Shown piece after piece: positions 1 to 9,323 of a stretch of DNA of 64,000 bases; the first letter of the stretch is position 1, and every line of letters begins with the position of its first letter. This stretch comes from Kiritimatiellia bacterium (GTDB taxonomy: Bacteria > Verrucomicrobiota > Kiritimatiellia > RFP12 > UBA1067). The position numbers were made by a program, and so were the translations under genes. The notes under the pieces were generated by a model that saw nothing but the letters and a program-made list of their open reading frames with translations, ran no database searches and was not told the origin of the DNA. The DNA lies in contig JAFPUH010000005.1 in the NCBI GenBank assembly GCA_017395505.1, forward strand, positions 11,851 through 75,850, written 5' to 3'.

Positions 1-1010
1 CCGCAGCTTGCGGTGTCGCAGTGCCGTCGTTGACCGGTCGCGGACTAGGCCTTACCGGCGGAACGGCAGACAAGCTCGAGACGATTCCTGGCTATAGCTG
101 CTCGCAGACGCTGGAGAGATTTCAGGAGATCGCCAAGACCGTCGGTGTGTCGATGGCAGTGCAGACGGACGAGATATGCCCGGCCGACAAGAAGCTCTAC
201 GCGCTTCGCGATGTGACGGGCACAGTGGCGTCTATACCCCTCATAACGGGCTCGATACTTTCGAAGAAGCTCGCAGAAGGCGCAGGAACCCTCGTGTTCG
301 ACGTCAAGTGCGGCAGGGGGACTTTCATGAAGACCCCTGACGAGGCAAGGGCCCTCGCCGCCTCGCTTGTCGGCGGCTCCCGCGCCGCGGGACGCAAGGC
401 TACGGCCCTCGTCACCGATATGGATGAGCCGCTCGGCTTTGCCGTCGGCAACGCGAACGAAGTCGCCGAATCGCTGGCGATACTCTCGTGCGCCGATCCG
501 CGGCTGGACGACATCGCGGAGCTTTGCATAGAGTTCGCCGCGCGAATGGTTGCGCTCGAGAAGGGTATGCCTGTCGACGCGGCACGCGCTATGTGCCGCG
601 AGAAGCTTCGCGACGGTTCGGCCAAGGAGCGCTTCGTCGCCATGGTGGAGGCCCATGGCGGAGATCTCGCCCGGTTCGAGACGCTGCTTGCGTCGCCGAC
701 CTTCAAGTTCCGCGTACAGTCGATGAAGTCAGGCTATATAGCGGACATCGACGCGGAGAAGGTGGCGAAGGTCGCATTTGCCCTGGGCGCGGGACGCGAG
801 AAGGCAGGCGACAGGATAGACCCGCTGGCCGGGGTGACGCTCGCCGTGAAGCATGGCGACAAGGTGTCGGTCGGAGCGCCGCTCGCAACCCTCGAGACGA
901 CTCGCGAACCTGACGAACTCGAGCGTCTCGCGGCTGATCTGCTGAAGGCCTTCACGATAACCCAGGAGCCCGTTTCCCCCAGGCGCCTCGTGATCGAGGC
1001 GATAGACTGA
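1..1010 (+). CDS. pdp: Pyrimidine-nucleoside/thymidine phosphorylase, 5'-partial (start lies upstream of the window)
   Basis: Motifs SLTGRGLGLTGGTADKLE, ADKKLYALRDVTGTV, SKKLAEG, DVKCGRGTF and the C-terminal LGAGREKAGDRIDPLAG domain. Confidence 0.9.
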   Translation, partial: AACGVAVPSLTGRGLGLTGGTADKLETIPGYSCSQTLERFQEIAKTVGVSMAVQTDEICPADKKLYALRDVTGTVASIPLITGSILSKKLAEGAGTLVFDVKCGRGTFMKTPDEARALAASLVGGSRAAGRKATALVTDMDEPLGFAVGNANEVAESLAILSCADPRLDDIAELCIEFAARMVALEKGMPVDAARAMCREKLRDGSAKERFVAMVEAHGGDLARFETLLASPTFKFRVQSMKSGYIADIDAEKVAKVAFALGAGREKAGDRIDPLAGVTLAVKHGDKVSVGAPLATLETTREPDELERLAADLLKAFTITQEPVSPRRLVIEAID

Positions 1011-1021
1011 AAGGACTTGCG

Positions 1022-1702
1022 ATGGTAAACCTGAACGAAATGCGCCGGCGCTTCAAGCCGAAGGATCCAAAGAAGGGCGAGGAGCGCGCCAAGGTCCAGG
1101 CGGCAGTGAAAAGGATTGCCCGCGAGTACGAGATGAAGCGCGCGTCGCTCGGCTTAGACAAGCCGCCGCTGAAGCGCGGTCCCCTCTACTATGCGATCGT
1201 AATCTGCGTGATGATATTCATCGCGGGACTCTTCATCGGCGTCATGTCGGGCGCCGTGCCTATCGGCAAGAAGCGCATCTCGAAGGCCGACATTCAGGTG
1301 CGCAAGTCGATTGATGCGCTGGCCCAGGCGTGCGGCAGGTACAAGTTCCACGTTGGCCGCTACCCGACCACGGCGGAAGGTCTTGAGGAACTGGCCGAGC
1401 TTCGTCCGAAACTGCCGGGTTGGTTCGGACCGTACATAAAGAAGGTCGTGCCGGATCCTTGGGGCCACGCATATGTCTATGAGGAGCGTGAGGGCGGGGG
1501 GCATCCCGTGCTGTACTCGAAAGGGCCAGACGGACGCGCCGGAACGACCGACGACGTGCTGCCGGACCAGGCCCTGTTCGATTTGCCGTTCCGCGACACC
1601 ACCTGGACAAACCACTGGGTCCCCTACCAGCTTCGCGGTATACTCGTCGCGCCCGACGAGAAGACTAAGCGCGAGTGGGAGGAGGCCGTAAAGAAATACT
1701 GA
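1022..1702 (+). CDS. GspG-like pseudopilin-domain membrane protein (atypical N-terminus)
   Basis: One TM helix, then ALAQACGRYKFHVGRYPT...WFGPYIKKVVPDPWGHAYVY...LYSKGPDGRAGTTDD, the T2SS GspG globular-domain signature. Confidence 0.7.
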   Translation: MVNLNEMRRRFKPKDPKKGEERAKVQAAVKRIAREYEMKRASLGLDKPPLKRGPLYYAIVICVMIFIAGLFIGVMSGAVPIGKKRISKADIQVRKSIDALAQACGRYKFHVGRYPTTAEGLEELAELRPKLPGWFGPYIKKVVPDPWGHAYVYEEREGGGHPVLYSKGPDGRAGTTDDVLPDQALFDLPFRDTTWTNHWVPYQLRGILVAPDEKTKREWEEAVKKY

Positions 1703-1704
1703 CC

Positions 1705-2388
1705 ATGCTTCACGTAATCGCGACACCTATCGGAAACCTCTCCGACCTTTCGCCTCGTGCGCGCGATGCCTTTCGCTCCGCTACCCTTATAGCGTGCGAA
1801 GACACTCGCCGCACATGGCAGCTCCTCACCCACTTCGGCATTCCGCGTCCCGAGATGATATCCTACCGTCAGGGCAACGAAGACCGCATAACCGAGCGGA
1901 TAATCGGCGAGCTGTCCTTGGGCAAGGAGGTCGCTCTCTGCTCCGACGGCGGCTACCCTGGCATATCTGATCCAGGCTATCGCCTGATCCGAACTTGCGC
2001 AAAAGAGGGTGTCGCATACGAGGTCATACCGGGTGCCAGCGCGGTCAATGTGGCTCTGCTGATGAGCGGTCTTTCGACCAGCTCCTTCACATTCCGTGGC
2101 TTCCCGCCTCGCGGACCCGGCGCCCTTCGGAACTGGTTCGCCGAAGACGCCGACAAGGAGCATACCCTCATCTGCTACGAGTCGCCTTTCCGCATAGCCG
2201 CAACCCTCGAGGCCGCCCTGGATGTCCTGGGCGACAGGGAAGCCGCCGTGTGCATCGAGCTCACAAAGCTCCACGAGCGCGTCAGCCGAGGCTATCTCTC
2301 AGATCTCGTCGCCGAATACCGCGATGCGAAGGTGAAGGGCGAAGTCGCGCTTGTGATCGCCGGCAACAATCCGAAGTTCCGCAGATGA
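1705..2388 (+). CDS. rsmI: 16S rRNA (cytidine1402-2'-O)-methyltransferase
   Basis: MLHVIATPIGNLSDLSPRA, CEDTRRT, SDGGYPGISDPG, YESPFRI, ELTKLHE; start set at ATG 1705. Confidence 0.93.
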   Translation: MLHVIATPIGNLSDLSPRARDAFRSATLIACEDTRRTWQLLTHFGIPRPEMISYRQGNEDRITERIIGELSLGKEVALCSDGGYPGISDPGYRLIRTCAKEGVAYEVIPGASAVNVALLMSGLSTSSFTFRGFPPRGPGALRNWFAEDADKEHTLICYESPFRIAATLEAALDVLGDREAAVCIELTKLHERVSRGYLSDLVAEYRDAKVKGEVALVIAGNNPKFRR

Positions 2389-3266
2389 ATGTTTGCGAGC
2401 TTTGTCCCAGACGCTGCAGGGCCGACCGCTTTCGTGTGGACGGACGCCCCGGCTTTTGCGGCGCCGGCGACAAGGTAAGGATATTTCGCTGGGGTCCACA
2501 CTTCGGCGAAGAGCCACCGATAACAGGCGAACGAGGTAGCGGTTGCATCTTCTTCTCGAGATGCACGATGAAGTGCCTGTACTGCCAGAACTCCCCCTGG
2601 AGCTGGCGCGGAGAAGGGCAGGATAAGTCCGTCGGCGAGCTAGCCGCCATAATGCGCGACCTGGCTCTCAAGGACCGCATCGAAAACTGGAATCTCGTGT
2701 CGCCCACACCATATCTTCCGTTCATTCGCGAGGCCGCCGCCAGCCTGCGCGGCGAGGGCATCGTGCTGCCGTTCGTCTGGAACTCGTCGGGCTTCGAGCG
2801 AGTAGAGACTCTTGAGGAATATGCAGAGCTGTGCGATTGGGCGCTTTTCGACCTGCGCTATTCGAGCGACGAGACGGCGGTGAAGGTCAGTGCGTCTCAA
2901 GGCTATGTCGCGGCTGCGCGATCCGCCGTAAAGTGGGCGTGGAACCGTCGCCCCGACAGGTTGATCGTCCGCCTGCTGGTGCTGCCGGGCCATGCGGACG
3001 AAGCGATCGAGAACCTTGCTTGGCTGGCCACCGAAGTTTCGAGCGAAGTGCCTGTTTCTATAATGAGCCAGTTCACGCCGGCATACAAGGCGCTCAATAC
3101 GCCGCCTTTCGACCGATGCGTGACGGAGGAAGAATACGAATCAGTCGTCGAGGCTGCGGATGATTTCGGCTTCAACAACGGCTGGACACAGGGTTTCGGC
3201 GCGGCCGACCCGAAACTGGCCCTGCTTGGCGAAAACATGTCGCCCGATCACGGCACTGTCGCCTGA
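2385..3266 (+). CDS. PflX-like radical SAM protein (PFL-activase family)
   Basis: ATGA overlap with the rsmI stop; N-terminal CELCPRRC...R; HFGEEPPITG..GSGCIFFSRCTMKCLYCQN (CxxxCxxC); VRLLVLPG; SIMSQFTP. Confidence 0.8.
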   Translation: MNVCELCPRRCRADRFRVDGRPGFCGAGDKVRIFRWGPHFGEEPPITGERGSGCIFFSRCTMKCLYCQNSPWSWRGEGQDKSVGELAAIMRDLALKDRIENWNLVSPTPYLPFIREAAASLRGEGIVLPFVWNSSGFERVETLEEYAELCDWALFDLRYSSDETAVKVSASQGYVAAARSAVKWAWNRRPDRLIVRLLVLPGHADEAIENLAWLATEVSSEVPVSIMSQFTPAYKALNTPPFDRCVTEEEYESVVEAADDFGFNNGWTQGFGAADPKLALLGENMSPDHGTVA

Positions 3267-4138
3267 GCGATCTTTTCGCCGCATTTGACGAGTGTCTCCA
3301 CGCCTTCGGACGAATTTTTCACGATGTCGCCGTCAAACTTGAGCGCACCTGCTTTCGTGATGACCACTACCGTAGATCCGCCGAACTTGAAGTATCCGCG
3401 TTCCTCCCCCTTGGCGTGCGATTCGCCCTTGAAGGTCTGCACGATTGTGCCGACGCCAAAAGCCCCGACGTCGATCATCCAAAAGCGTCCAAAGTCCGCC
3501 TCGCACGCGATGACATGGCGCTCGTTGTCGATATACACGTCTGGACGCCGCAAAAGCGCAATCGGATTTACCGAATGGTATTCGCCTGGTATGACCAGCG
3601 CAGGCTCTGGGGTGCGGCATTCGCACGGAAAGTGGAAGCGGTGGTAGTCGACTGGCGCGAGCCGCACGACGGCGATGTCGTAGAGTCCGTCCTCGAAATC
3701 CGGCGCATTGTCGCTGCCTACGATCAGCCTGAGGCTCTTTGTCGCGCCCTTGAGCGGAAACGGCGAATTGGCGTCGGCGTTGAGGTATAGCATGAGCCGT
3801 CCGTCGGAAGGACTCGTAAAGCCATCTCCGGCCGGCCTCGCCCCGGGTTTCAGGCGCCGGGTGAAGAAAGCGTTGAAGCTCTCGTATTCGCCGGGTTCCT
3901 TTTCGGCCTCCTCGACGCGGCAGCCGGGAATGTTCGCGAGTCGCGCAATCGCCTTCTGGGAATATTTCGAATCGTAATAGAGCCCCATTATCGCGGACAC
4001 AGCCTTAGACCCGAACAGCACGGGCCAGAGCGTGCGGCCAAGGAGCGTCTCGTAGGCGAAGCGCAGCGCGCCGTCGCCCATGACGGATTCGACAACTCTT
4101 TCACCGCTTGCGCGGTCGACATATTCTATAGGCTTCAT
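3248..4138 (-). CDS. psd: Phosphatidylserine decarboxylase proenzyme
   Basis: SFNAFFTRRLKPGARP, SPSDGR, RLAPVDYHRFHFP, YHSVNP, KGEERGYFKFGGSTVV (GGST self-cleavage); start MKPIEY at 4138. Confidence 0.93.
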   Translation of the reverse strand: MKPIEYVDRASGERVVESVMGDGALRFAYETLLGRTLWPVLFGSKAVSAIMGLYYDSKYSQKAIARLANIPGCRVEEAEKEPGEYESFNAFFTRRLKPGARPAGDGFTSPSDGRLMLYLNADANSPFPLKGATKSLRLIVGSDNAPDFEDGLYDIAVVRLAPVDYHRFHFPCECRTPEPALVIPGEYHSVNPIALLRRPDVYIDNERHVIACEADFGRFWMIDVGAFGVGTIVQTFKGESHAKGEERGYFKFGGSTVVVITKAGALKFDGDIVKNSSEGVETLVKCGEKIAQATVP

Positions 4139-4147
4139 TATGCTATA

Positions 4148-4177
4148 ATTATATCTAAATCCAGCCCCAAATGTCAA
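4148..4177 (-). promoter_or_regulatory. sigma70-type promoter for psd
   Basis: Minus strand TTGACA-18 nt-TATAAT, ending 9 nt before the ATG. Confidence 0.6.
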
Positions 4178-4251
4178 CTACATGGTGGCATGGATCGGAG
4201 ATTTATGGTATACTATCTTTCCAATGGCACAACAACGAAAGGGCTGATGAC

Positions 4252-5730
4252 ATGAAAAGGATGGTTATGGGTGCTATGGCAGGAGCTTTGGCCATATCCG
4301 CAAACGCTGCGGTAAACGTCATCCCGAAACCGAGTTTCGTCGATGAGCGCGAAGGCTTTTTTCAGATTCAGGGGCGCATAACCGACAATGTGCGCTTCGT
4401 TCAGGAGGCTAATATACCCGCCGAAAGCTACAGGCTCATAGTCGCTCCGGCGGGAATCTACATCGCCTCGTCCGATGAAGCCGGCAAGTTCTATGCCATG
4501 CAGACCCTCCGTCAGCTCATCAGCGAAGACGGCAAGGTGCCTTGCGTCACGATCGACGACACGCCCCGCTTCAAATGGCGCGGGATTCTTTTCGACGACT
4601 GCCGCCATTTCTTCGGCAAGGAGGAGCTTAAGAAGACCATAAACGCGATGGCCCTCAACAAGCTCAATGTGCTTCACTGGCACCTTACCGAGGATCAGGG
4701 CTGGCGAATCGAGATCAAGAAGTATCCCCGCCTGACCGACATAGGCTCGGTCCGTCCCGGCAGCCCCCTGCCTGTCGTACTCAAGACCCCCGGCAACGAG
4801 GACCACTGGGAGAACAACAACATTCCGTATGGTCCCTGCTACTACACGCAGGAGGACGTGAAGGAGATTGTTGAATACGCCGCAAAGCGCCACATCACGG
4901 TAGTCCCCGAGATCGAGCTGCCGGGCCACGCTCTGGCCGCAATCTCCGCCTATCCCGAACTTGGCTGCACCGGCGAGCAGTTCGAGCCGTGGTGTCGCTG
5001 GGGCGTCAGCGAGCACATCTACTGCGGCGGCAACGACGCGACGATTAAGTTCCTTGAGGACGTTCTGGACGAAGTGTGCGAGCTGTTCCCCGGTCCGTTC
5101 ATCCATATCGGCGGAGACGAGGCCCCGAAGACCGTCTGGGCCACGTGCCCGAAGTGCCAGAAGCGCATCGCCGACCTAGGCCTCAAGGGCGAAGAGGGTC
5201 TGCAGGGCTGGATGACCGACCACTTCACCAAGTATCTCGCCGCCAAGGGCAAGCGTGCGATCGGTTGGGACGAAGTTCTCGACGGCGAGCCCGGCAAGGA
5301 TACGATCATCATGAGCTGGCGCGGTCCGCAAGGCGGCATCAAGGCCGCGGCCCGCGGAAACGACGCCGTCATGTGTCCGGTGGATCCATGCTATATCGAC
5401 AATCCGCAGGGTTTGAAGGATGATCCATACGAATACATCAACTACGGCTTCCAGGCGACGCTCGAGCGCTGCTACTCGTTCAATCCCACTGCAGGCATCC
5501 CAGACGATCAGGCTGGCCACATACTCGGCGGTCAGGGCAACAACTGGAGCGAATACACCTGGAACGGCAGCGAACTGGAGTGGAAGATGTGGCCCAGGAT
5601 GTGCGCTCTCGCCGAATGTCTCTGGACCCAGCCCGAGAACAAATCGTGGGAGTGCTTCAAGGCCCGCATCCCGGCGATGCGCCAGCGGCTCATCCGCGAG
5701 CTGCACATAAACTGCGCACCTGTTGAATAA
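4252..5730 (+). CDS. Beta-N-acetylhexosaminidase, GH20, with signal peptide
   Basis: PRFKWRGILFDDCRHFF, LHWHLTEDQGWR, PEIELPGH, HIGGDE catalytic pair, WSEY, WPR. Confidence 0.92.
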   Translation: MKRMVMGAMAGALAISANAAVNVIPKPSFVDEREGFFQIQGRITDNVRFVQEANIPAESYRLIVAPAGIYIASSDEAGKFYAMQTLRQLISEDGKVPCVTIDDTPRFKWRGILFDDCRHFFGKEELKKTINAMALNKLNVLHWHLTEDQGWRIEIKKYPRLTDIGSVRPGSPLPVVLKTPGNEDHWENNNIPYGPCYYTQEDVKEIVEYAAKRHITVVPEIELPGHALAAISAYPELGCTGEQFEPWCRWGVSEHIYCGGNDATIKFLEDVLDEVCELFPGPFIHIGGDEAPKTVWATCPKCQKRIADLGLKGEEGLQGWMTDHFTKYLAAKGKRAIGWDEVLDGEPGKDTIIMSWRGPQGGIKAAARGNDAVMCPVDPCYIDNPQGLKDDPYEYINYGFQATLERCYSFNPTAGIPDDQAGHILGGQGNNWSEYTWNGSELEWKMWPRMCALAECLWTQPENKSWECFKARIPAMRQRLIRELHINCAPVE

Positions 5731-6961
5731 GCGTCCCGAGATACTCGCGCCTGCAGGCGACTTCACTTGCCTCCAGGCTGCGATAGATGCAGGTGCCGAC
5801 GCCGTTTATTTCGGCCTCGGAACCTTCAATATGCGCGCGAGAAGCGGCGTCAACTTCAAGGTGGACGACTTGCCCGAGATATCACGCCGGTGCAGGGCGA
5901 GCGGGGCCAGGGCCTATCTCGCCCTGAACGCGATAATGTTCGAGGGCGAGATCGAGACTGTCGAAAATACGATAATAGCAGCCAAGCCGTATGTGGATGC
6001 GTTCATCGTGGCGGACTGGGGGGTTGTCGATCTCTGCCGCAAGCATGGAGTAGAGTTTCACGTCTCGACCCAGATGTCGACCTCGAACTCCGCCGCGGCG
6101 AACTTTCTTGCATCGCAGGGCGCATCGCGGGTCGTGCTGGCAAGGGAATGCACTCTTGCGGAGGTGGCCGAGATCGTCCGAAAGATTCCGATCGAGGTCG
6201 AATGCTTCGTGCACGGCGCGCAGTGCGTTGCTGAGTCGGGACGCTGTTTCATGAGCCATGACGCCTTCGGCAAGAGCGCCTGTCGAGGAGAGTGCAACCA
6301 GCCGTGCAGGCGGCGCTATCTCGTAAAGGCTGTGGACTTCTTCTCTGACGACGAGGGCAACCCGATACACGAGAGCGATACCGCATTCTGGGTCGAGCCG
6401 CACACGGTGATGTCGGCAAAAGACCTCTGCTCGCTCGGGTTCATCGACAAGCTCGTCGCTGCCGGCATCAGCAGCTTCAAGATCGAAGGGCGCGCCAGGA
6501 ACGCGGAGTATGTCAAGACTGTCGTTGCGGCCTACAGGCGAGCAGTCGACGCCGTAATGTCCTGCGGGTACACGCCGGCGCTCGTCGCTGAGCTGACAGA
6601 AGAAGTAAAGAAGGTTTTCCACCGCGAATTCGCCCACGGTCTCTACTTCGGCCGGCCGGGCGCAGGACAGTTCACCGATAGTGAAAATTCGCTTTCGTCC
6701 ACCGTCAAACGTCACATCGGCATTGTGATCGACTATTTCATAAAGGCGGGAATCGCCCAGGTGAAGGTTCAGGACCATGAGCTGCGGCGGGGCGACACGA
6801 TACAGATACACGGCTCGACGACAGGCGTTGTCGAACTTGAGGCCGGCGAGCTGCGCCGCGACGATGAAGTGCTTGAATCTGCCGGACGCGGAACGTGGGC
6901 CACGCTGAAGACTCCGCGCTGCCGCGTGGGCGACAAGGTTTTCTACATTGAGAGGAGATGA
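5723..6961 (+). CDS. Peptidase U32 family protein (tRNA/rRNA hydroxylation-type Fe-S family)
   Basis: PEILAPAG, GADAVYFG, HVSTQMS, LARE, FVHGAQCVAESGRC...CNQPCR, SFKIEGR; TTG start. Confidence 0.85.
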   Translation: MNKRPEILAPAGDFTCLQAAIDAGADAVYFGLGTFNMRARSGVNFKVDDLPEISRRCRASGARAYLALNAIMFEGEIETVENTIIAAKPYVDAFIVADWGVVDLCRKHGVEFHVSTQMSTSNSAAANFLASQGASRVVLARECTLAEVAEIVRKIPIEVECFVHGAQCVAESGRCFMSHDAFGKSACRGECNQPCRRRYLVKAVDFFSDDEGNPIHESDTAFWVEPHTVMSAKDLCSLGFIDKLVAAGISSFKIEGRARNAEYVKTVVAAYRRAVDAVMSCGYTPALVAELTEEVKKVFHREFAHGLYFGRPGAGQFTDSENSLSSTVKRHIGIVIDYFIKAGIAQVKVQDHELRRGDTIQIHGSTTGVVELEAGELRRDDEVLESAGRGTWATLKTPRCRVGDKVFYIERR

Positions 6962-7842
6962 CGATGACTACGTTTGCCGCGATAGCCTTGCTCGCACAGA
7001 GCATGATGCCGGTTCAAGGCGCAGAAGGCGACCCTTTTTGGTCTGCAACAGCGCCGACGAATGAGGTGCGTGTGGCCATGATGGTGCTCGAAGAGCGCAA
7101 CATGCCGTTCGTTCAGGCGAAGCTTGGCGGGGTCGACTGCACGTTGCTGCTCGACACCGGCGCTACGCACACCACATTCGACCTGGCGTTCGTGAAGAGT
7201 GCTCTGCCCGACGTCAAGCTGCAGCCTGTAATGCTCATGGGCGATTCGAACGTGGAGGGCTCTCCGGCCTTCTTCCGTGTGGAGTCGCTCGACATCGGCG
7301 GCGCAAAGTTCGGCGATTTCGGCGCGATGGCCCTCAACCTTTCGCATCTCCCCGCATCGATGGGCGTGAGGGTGGATGGCATACTCGGCATGAGCACTAT
7401 AGGACGTGTCCCGTTCGTACTGTCGCTTTCAAGGGGCGAGGTCGTGTTCTGCCCCGGCGATGAGGCCCGCAAGGGTTTCGACAAATGGACGACGCGCTTT
7501 CCCGGAGATCCGATGAGCATAGTGCTCAAGGCGGTGAACGGCGACAAGGCATTCGGCATGATTGTCGATTCGGGCGCTTCGATGACGTTCCTGCTTTCGG
7601 CGACAGGTTGGCCGGCGACGGGCGAGAAGGCGGACTTCTCGGCCATAGACATAAACGGCTCGACCGATCTTGCGCCGCAGAGAGGCGAGAGCGGGCGGCT
7701 CATCGTTGGACGCGACCTCGCGCTTGAGATAAGTCCTCTGGTTGTCGACTCGCGCGATCCTACAATGAACAGGATCGGCTCCGACACCCTGCGCCGCTAC
7801 GACATGATCGTAGACGGCTTCAAGGTGTCGTTCCGTCCTTAA
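6958..7842 (+). CDS. Secreted aspartyl protease with two retropepsin-like domains
   Basis: Signal peptide; two catalytic-type motifs LLDTGA and IVDSGA; DGILG and RIG motifs. Confidence 0.75.
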   Translation: MTMTTFAAIALLAQSMMPVQGAEGDPFWSATAPTNEVRVAMMVLEERNMPFVQAKLGGVDCTLLLDTGATHTTFDLAFVKSALPDVKLQPVMLMGDSNVEGSPAFFRVESLDIGGAKFGDFGAMALNLSHLPASMGVRVDGILGMSTIGRVPFVLSLSRGEVVFCPGDEARKGFDKWTTRFPGDPMSIVLKAVNGDKAFGMIVDSGASMTFLLSATGWPATGEKADFSAIDINGSTDLAPQRGESGRLIVGRDLALEISPLVVDSRDPTMNRIGSDTLRRYDMIVDGFKVSFRP

Positions 7843-7887
7843 TTGTCGCGTTCGAATCTGGTGTTTGAAGTATTACGGAGAATAGAT

Positions 7888-9084
7888 ATGAAAATGAAAG
7901 TTGTTCTTCTGACTGCGCTGGCTGTTTCGCTGGCTGTCTGTGGCGCCCCCAAGAAGAAGGGCGGCGACAAGCCGAAACAGGTAAAATCCGCCGCCTCCAA
8001 GCAGGTCGTGCTCTGGAAGGCGGGCGATTCCGGAATCAACACCTACCGGATACCTGCGCTCTGCATGGCGCCGGACGGCAAGACTCTCGTTGCGGCGTGT
8101 GACGCTCGCGAGGACCACATCTACGACCTCAACCGAAAAGGCGGTCCTAAGAATGACTACCAGCGGATCAATATCGCGATACGCACGAGCAAGGACGGAG
8201 GTAGGAACTGGGCGCCGTCCAAATACTCGCATGAATGGAAGTGGTCCGACGAAGAGAAGTGGGCCGGTAGCGACCCTAGCTTCATCGTCGACGCGAAAGC
8301 CAGGAAGATTTTCCTTTTCTATAACGTGGCCGAGTATGTCAAGGCGGCTGGCATATACAAGCAGTATGTGCAGGTTTCGTCAGACAACGGCAAAACCTGG
8401 GGCGAGCCGAAGGATATAACCGACGCGATACGTCCGGCAGGATGGCCGCAGAAGGGTTTCGTGTTCATCACCTCCGGCTCAGGCATGCAGACCAAGGACG
8501 GCACCCTGCTTCACACAATCGTGTGGGTAGGCAAGAAGGTTGCGCTGTTCGGCAGCGAAGATGGCGGCGAGACCTGGAAGGCGTACGGAAAGCCGACGGA
8601 CGGTCCAGGCGATGAATGCAAGGTGGCTGAGCTCTCGAGCGGTGCTCTGATGATCAACTCGCGCAAGGCGGCTGGAGCGCGTGAGATATTCGAGAGCAGG
8701 GATAAGGGCGAGACTTGGACGCACTGGACAGACATGAACTTGAAGGACGGCGCATGCAACGCGCAGCTTATGACTTACCCGGTGGGCAGAAACTTCGCCG
8801 GGCGCAAGGTAGGATCGAAGACGTATCCGAAGGAGATGCTCGTATTCTCCAACTGCAATGCGGGCGGCAGAAGCAACCTCACGCTGCGCACGAGCTGGGA
8901 CGACGGACAGAGCTGGAACGAAGGGCTTGTCATCGAGCCTGGCCGCGCATCTTACAGCGACCTCTGCCTAATCGCCGGCAGAAGCAAAGACGATCCGCCG
9001 GATGTCGGAGTGATATTCGAGGGCTCCGGCGAGAAAGATATCCGCTTCTGCACGCTGAAGGGCAAGGATGTCATAAAGCCGTGA
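7888..9084 (+). CDS. Exo-alpha-sialidase, GH33
   Basis: YRIP motif; five Asp-boxes (SKDGGRNW, SSDNGKTW, SEDGGETW, SRDKGETW, SWDDGQSW); SYS Tyr; start at ATG 7888. Confidence 0.88.
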   Translation: MKMKVVLLTALAVSLAVCGAPKKKGGDKPKQVKSAASKQVVLWKAGDSGINTYRIPALCMAPDGKTLVAACDAREDHIYDLNRKGGPKNDYQRINIAIRTSKDGGRNWAPSKYSHEWKWSDEEKWAGSDPSFIVDAKARKIFLFYNVAEYVKAAGIYKQYVQVSSDNGKTWGEPKDITDAIRPAGWPQKGFVFITSGSGMQTKDGTLLHTIVWVGKKVALFGSEDGGETWKAYGKPTDGPGDECKVAELSSGALMINSRKAAGAREIFESRDKGETWTHWTDMNLKDGACNAQLMTYPVGRNFAGRKVGSKTYPKEMLVFSNCNAGGRSNLTLRTSWDDGQSWNEGLVIEPGRASYSDLCLIAGRSKDDPPDVGVIFEGSGEKDIRFCTLKGKDVIKP

Positions 9085-9104
9085 AGCCGCGCCGCCCGTG
9101 GCAC

Positions 9105-9133
9105 TTGCACGTCGCGGCGCATTATGATATACT
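9105..9133 (+). promoter_or_regulatory. sigma70 promoter for tRNA-Val
   Basis: TTGCAC-17 nt-TATACT with extended -10 TG. Confidence 0.6.
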
Positions 9134-9153
9134 ATTCACCGTTTTGGCACCCC

Positions 9154-9230
9154 GGGCGATTAGCTCAGTTGGTTAGAGCATTACCTTCACACGGTAGGGG
9201 TCACTGGTCCGAGTCCAGTATCGCCCACCA
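9154..9230 (+). tRNA. tRNA-Val (anticodon CAC)
   Basis: Acceptor GGGCGAT/ATCGCCC, D arm GCTC/GAGC, anticodon arm TTACC-TTCACAC-GGTAG, T arm ACTGG-TCCGAGT-CCAGT, encoded CCA. Confidence 0.96.
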
Positions 9231-9251
9231 TTTTTTCGGGGTTGCGATGCG

Positions 9252-9280
9252 TTGCGAACGCGCGTGATATATGATATAAT
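9252..9280 (+). promoter_or_regulatory. sigma70 promoter for ilvC
   Basis: TTGCGA-17 nt-TATAAT with extended TG; AGGAG Shine-Dalgarno before ATG 9324. Confidence 0.6.
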
Positions 9281-9323
9281 ACACGAAAGTCGCAAAGGCG
9301 GCCAAATTCACAGGAGCAAGACA

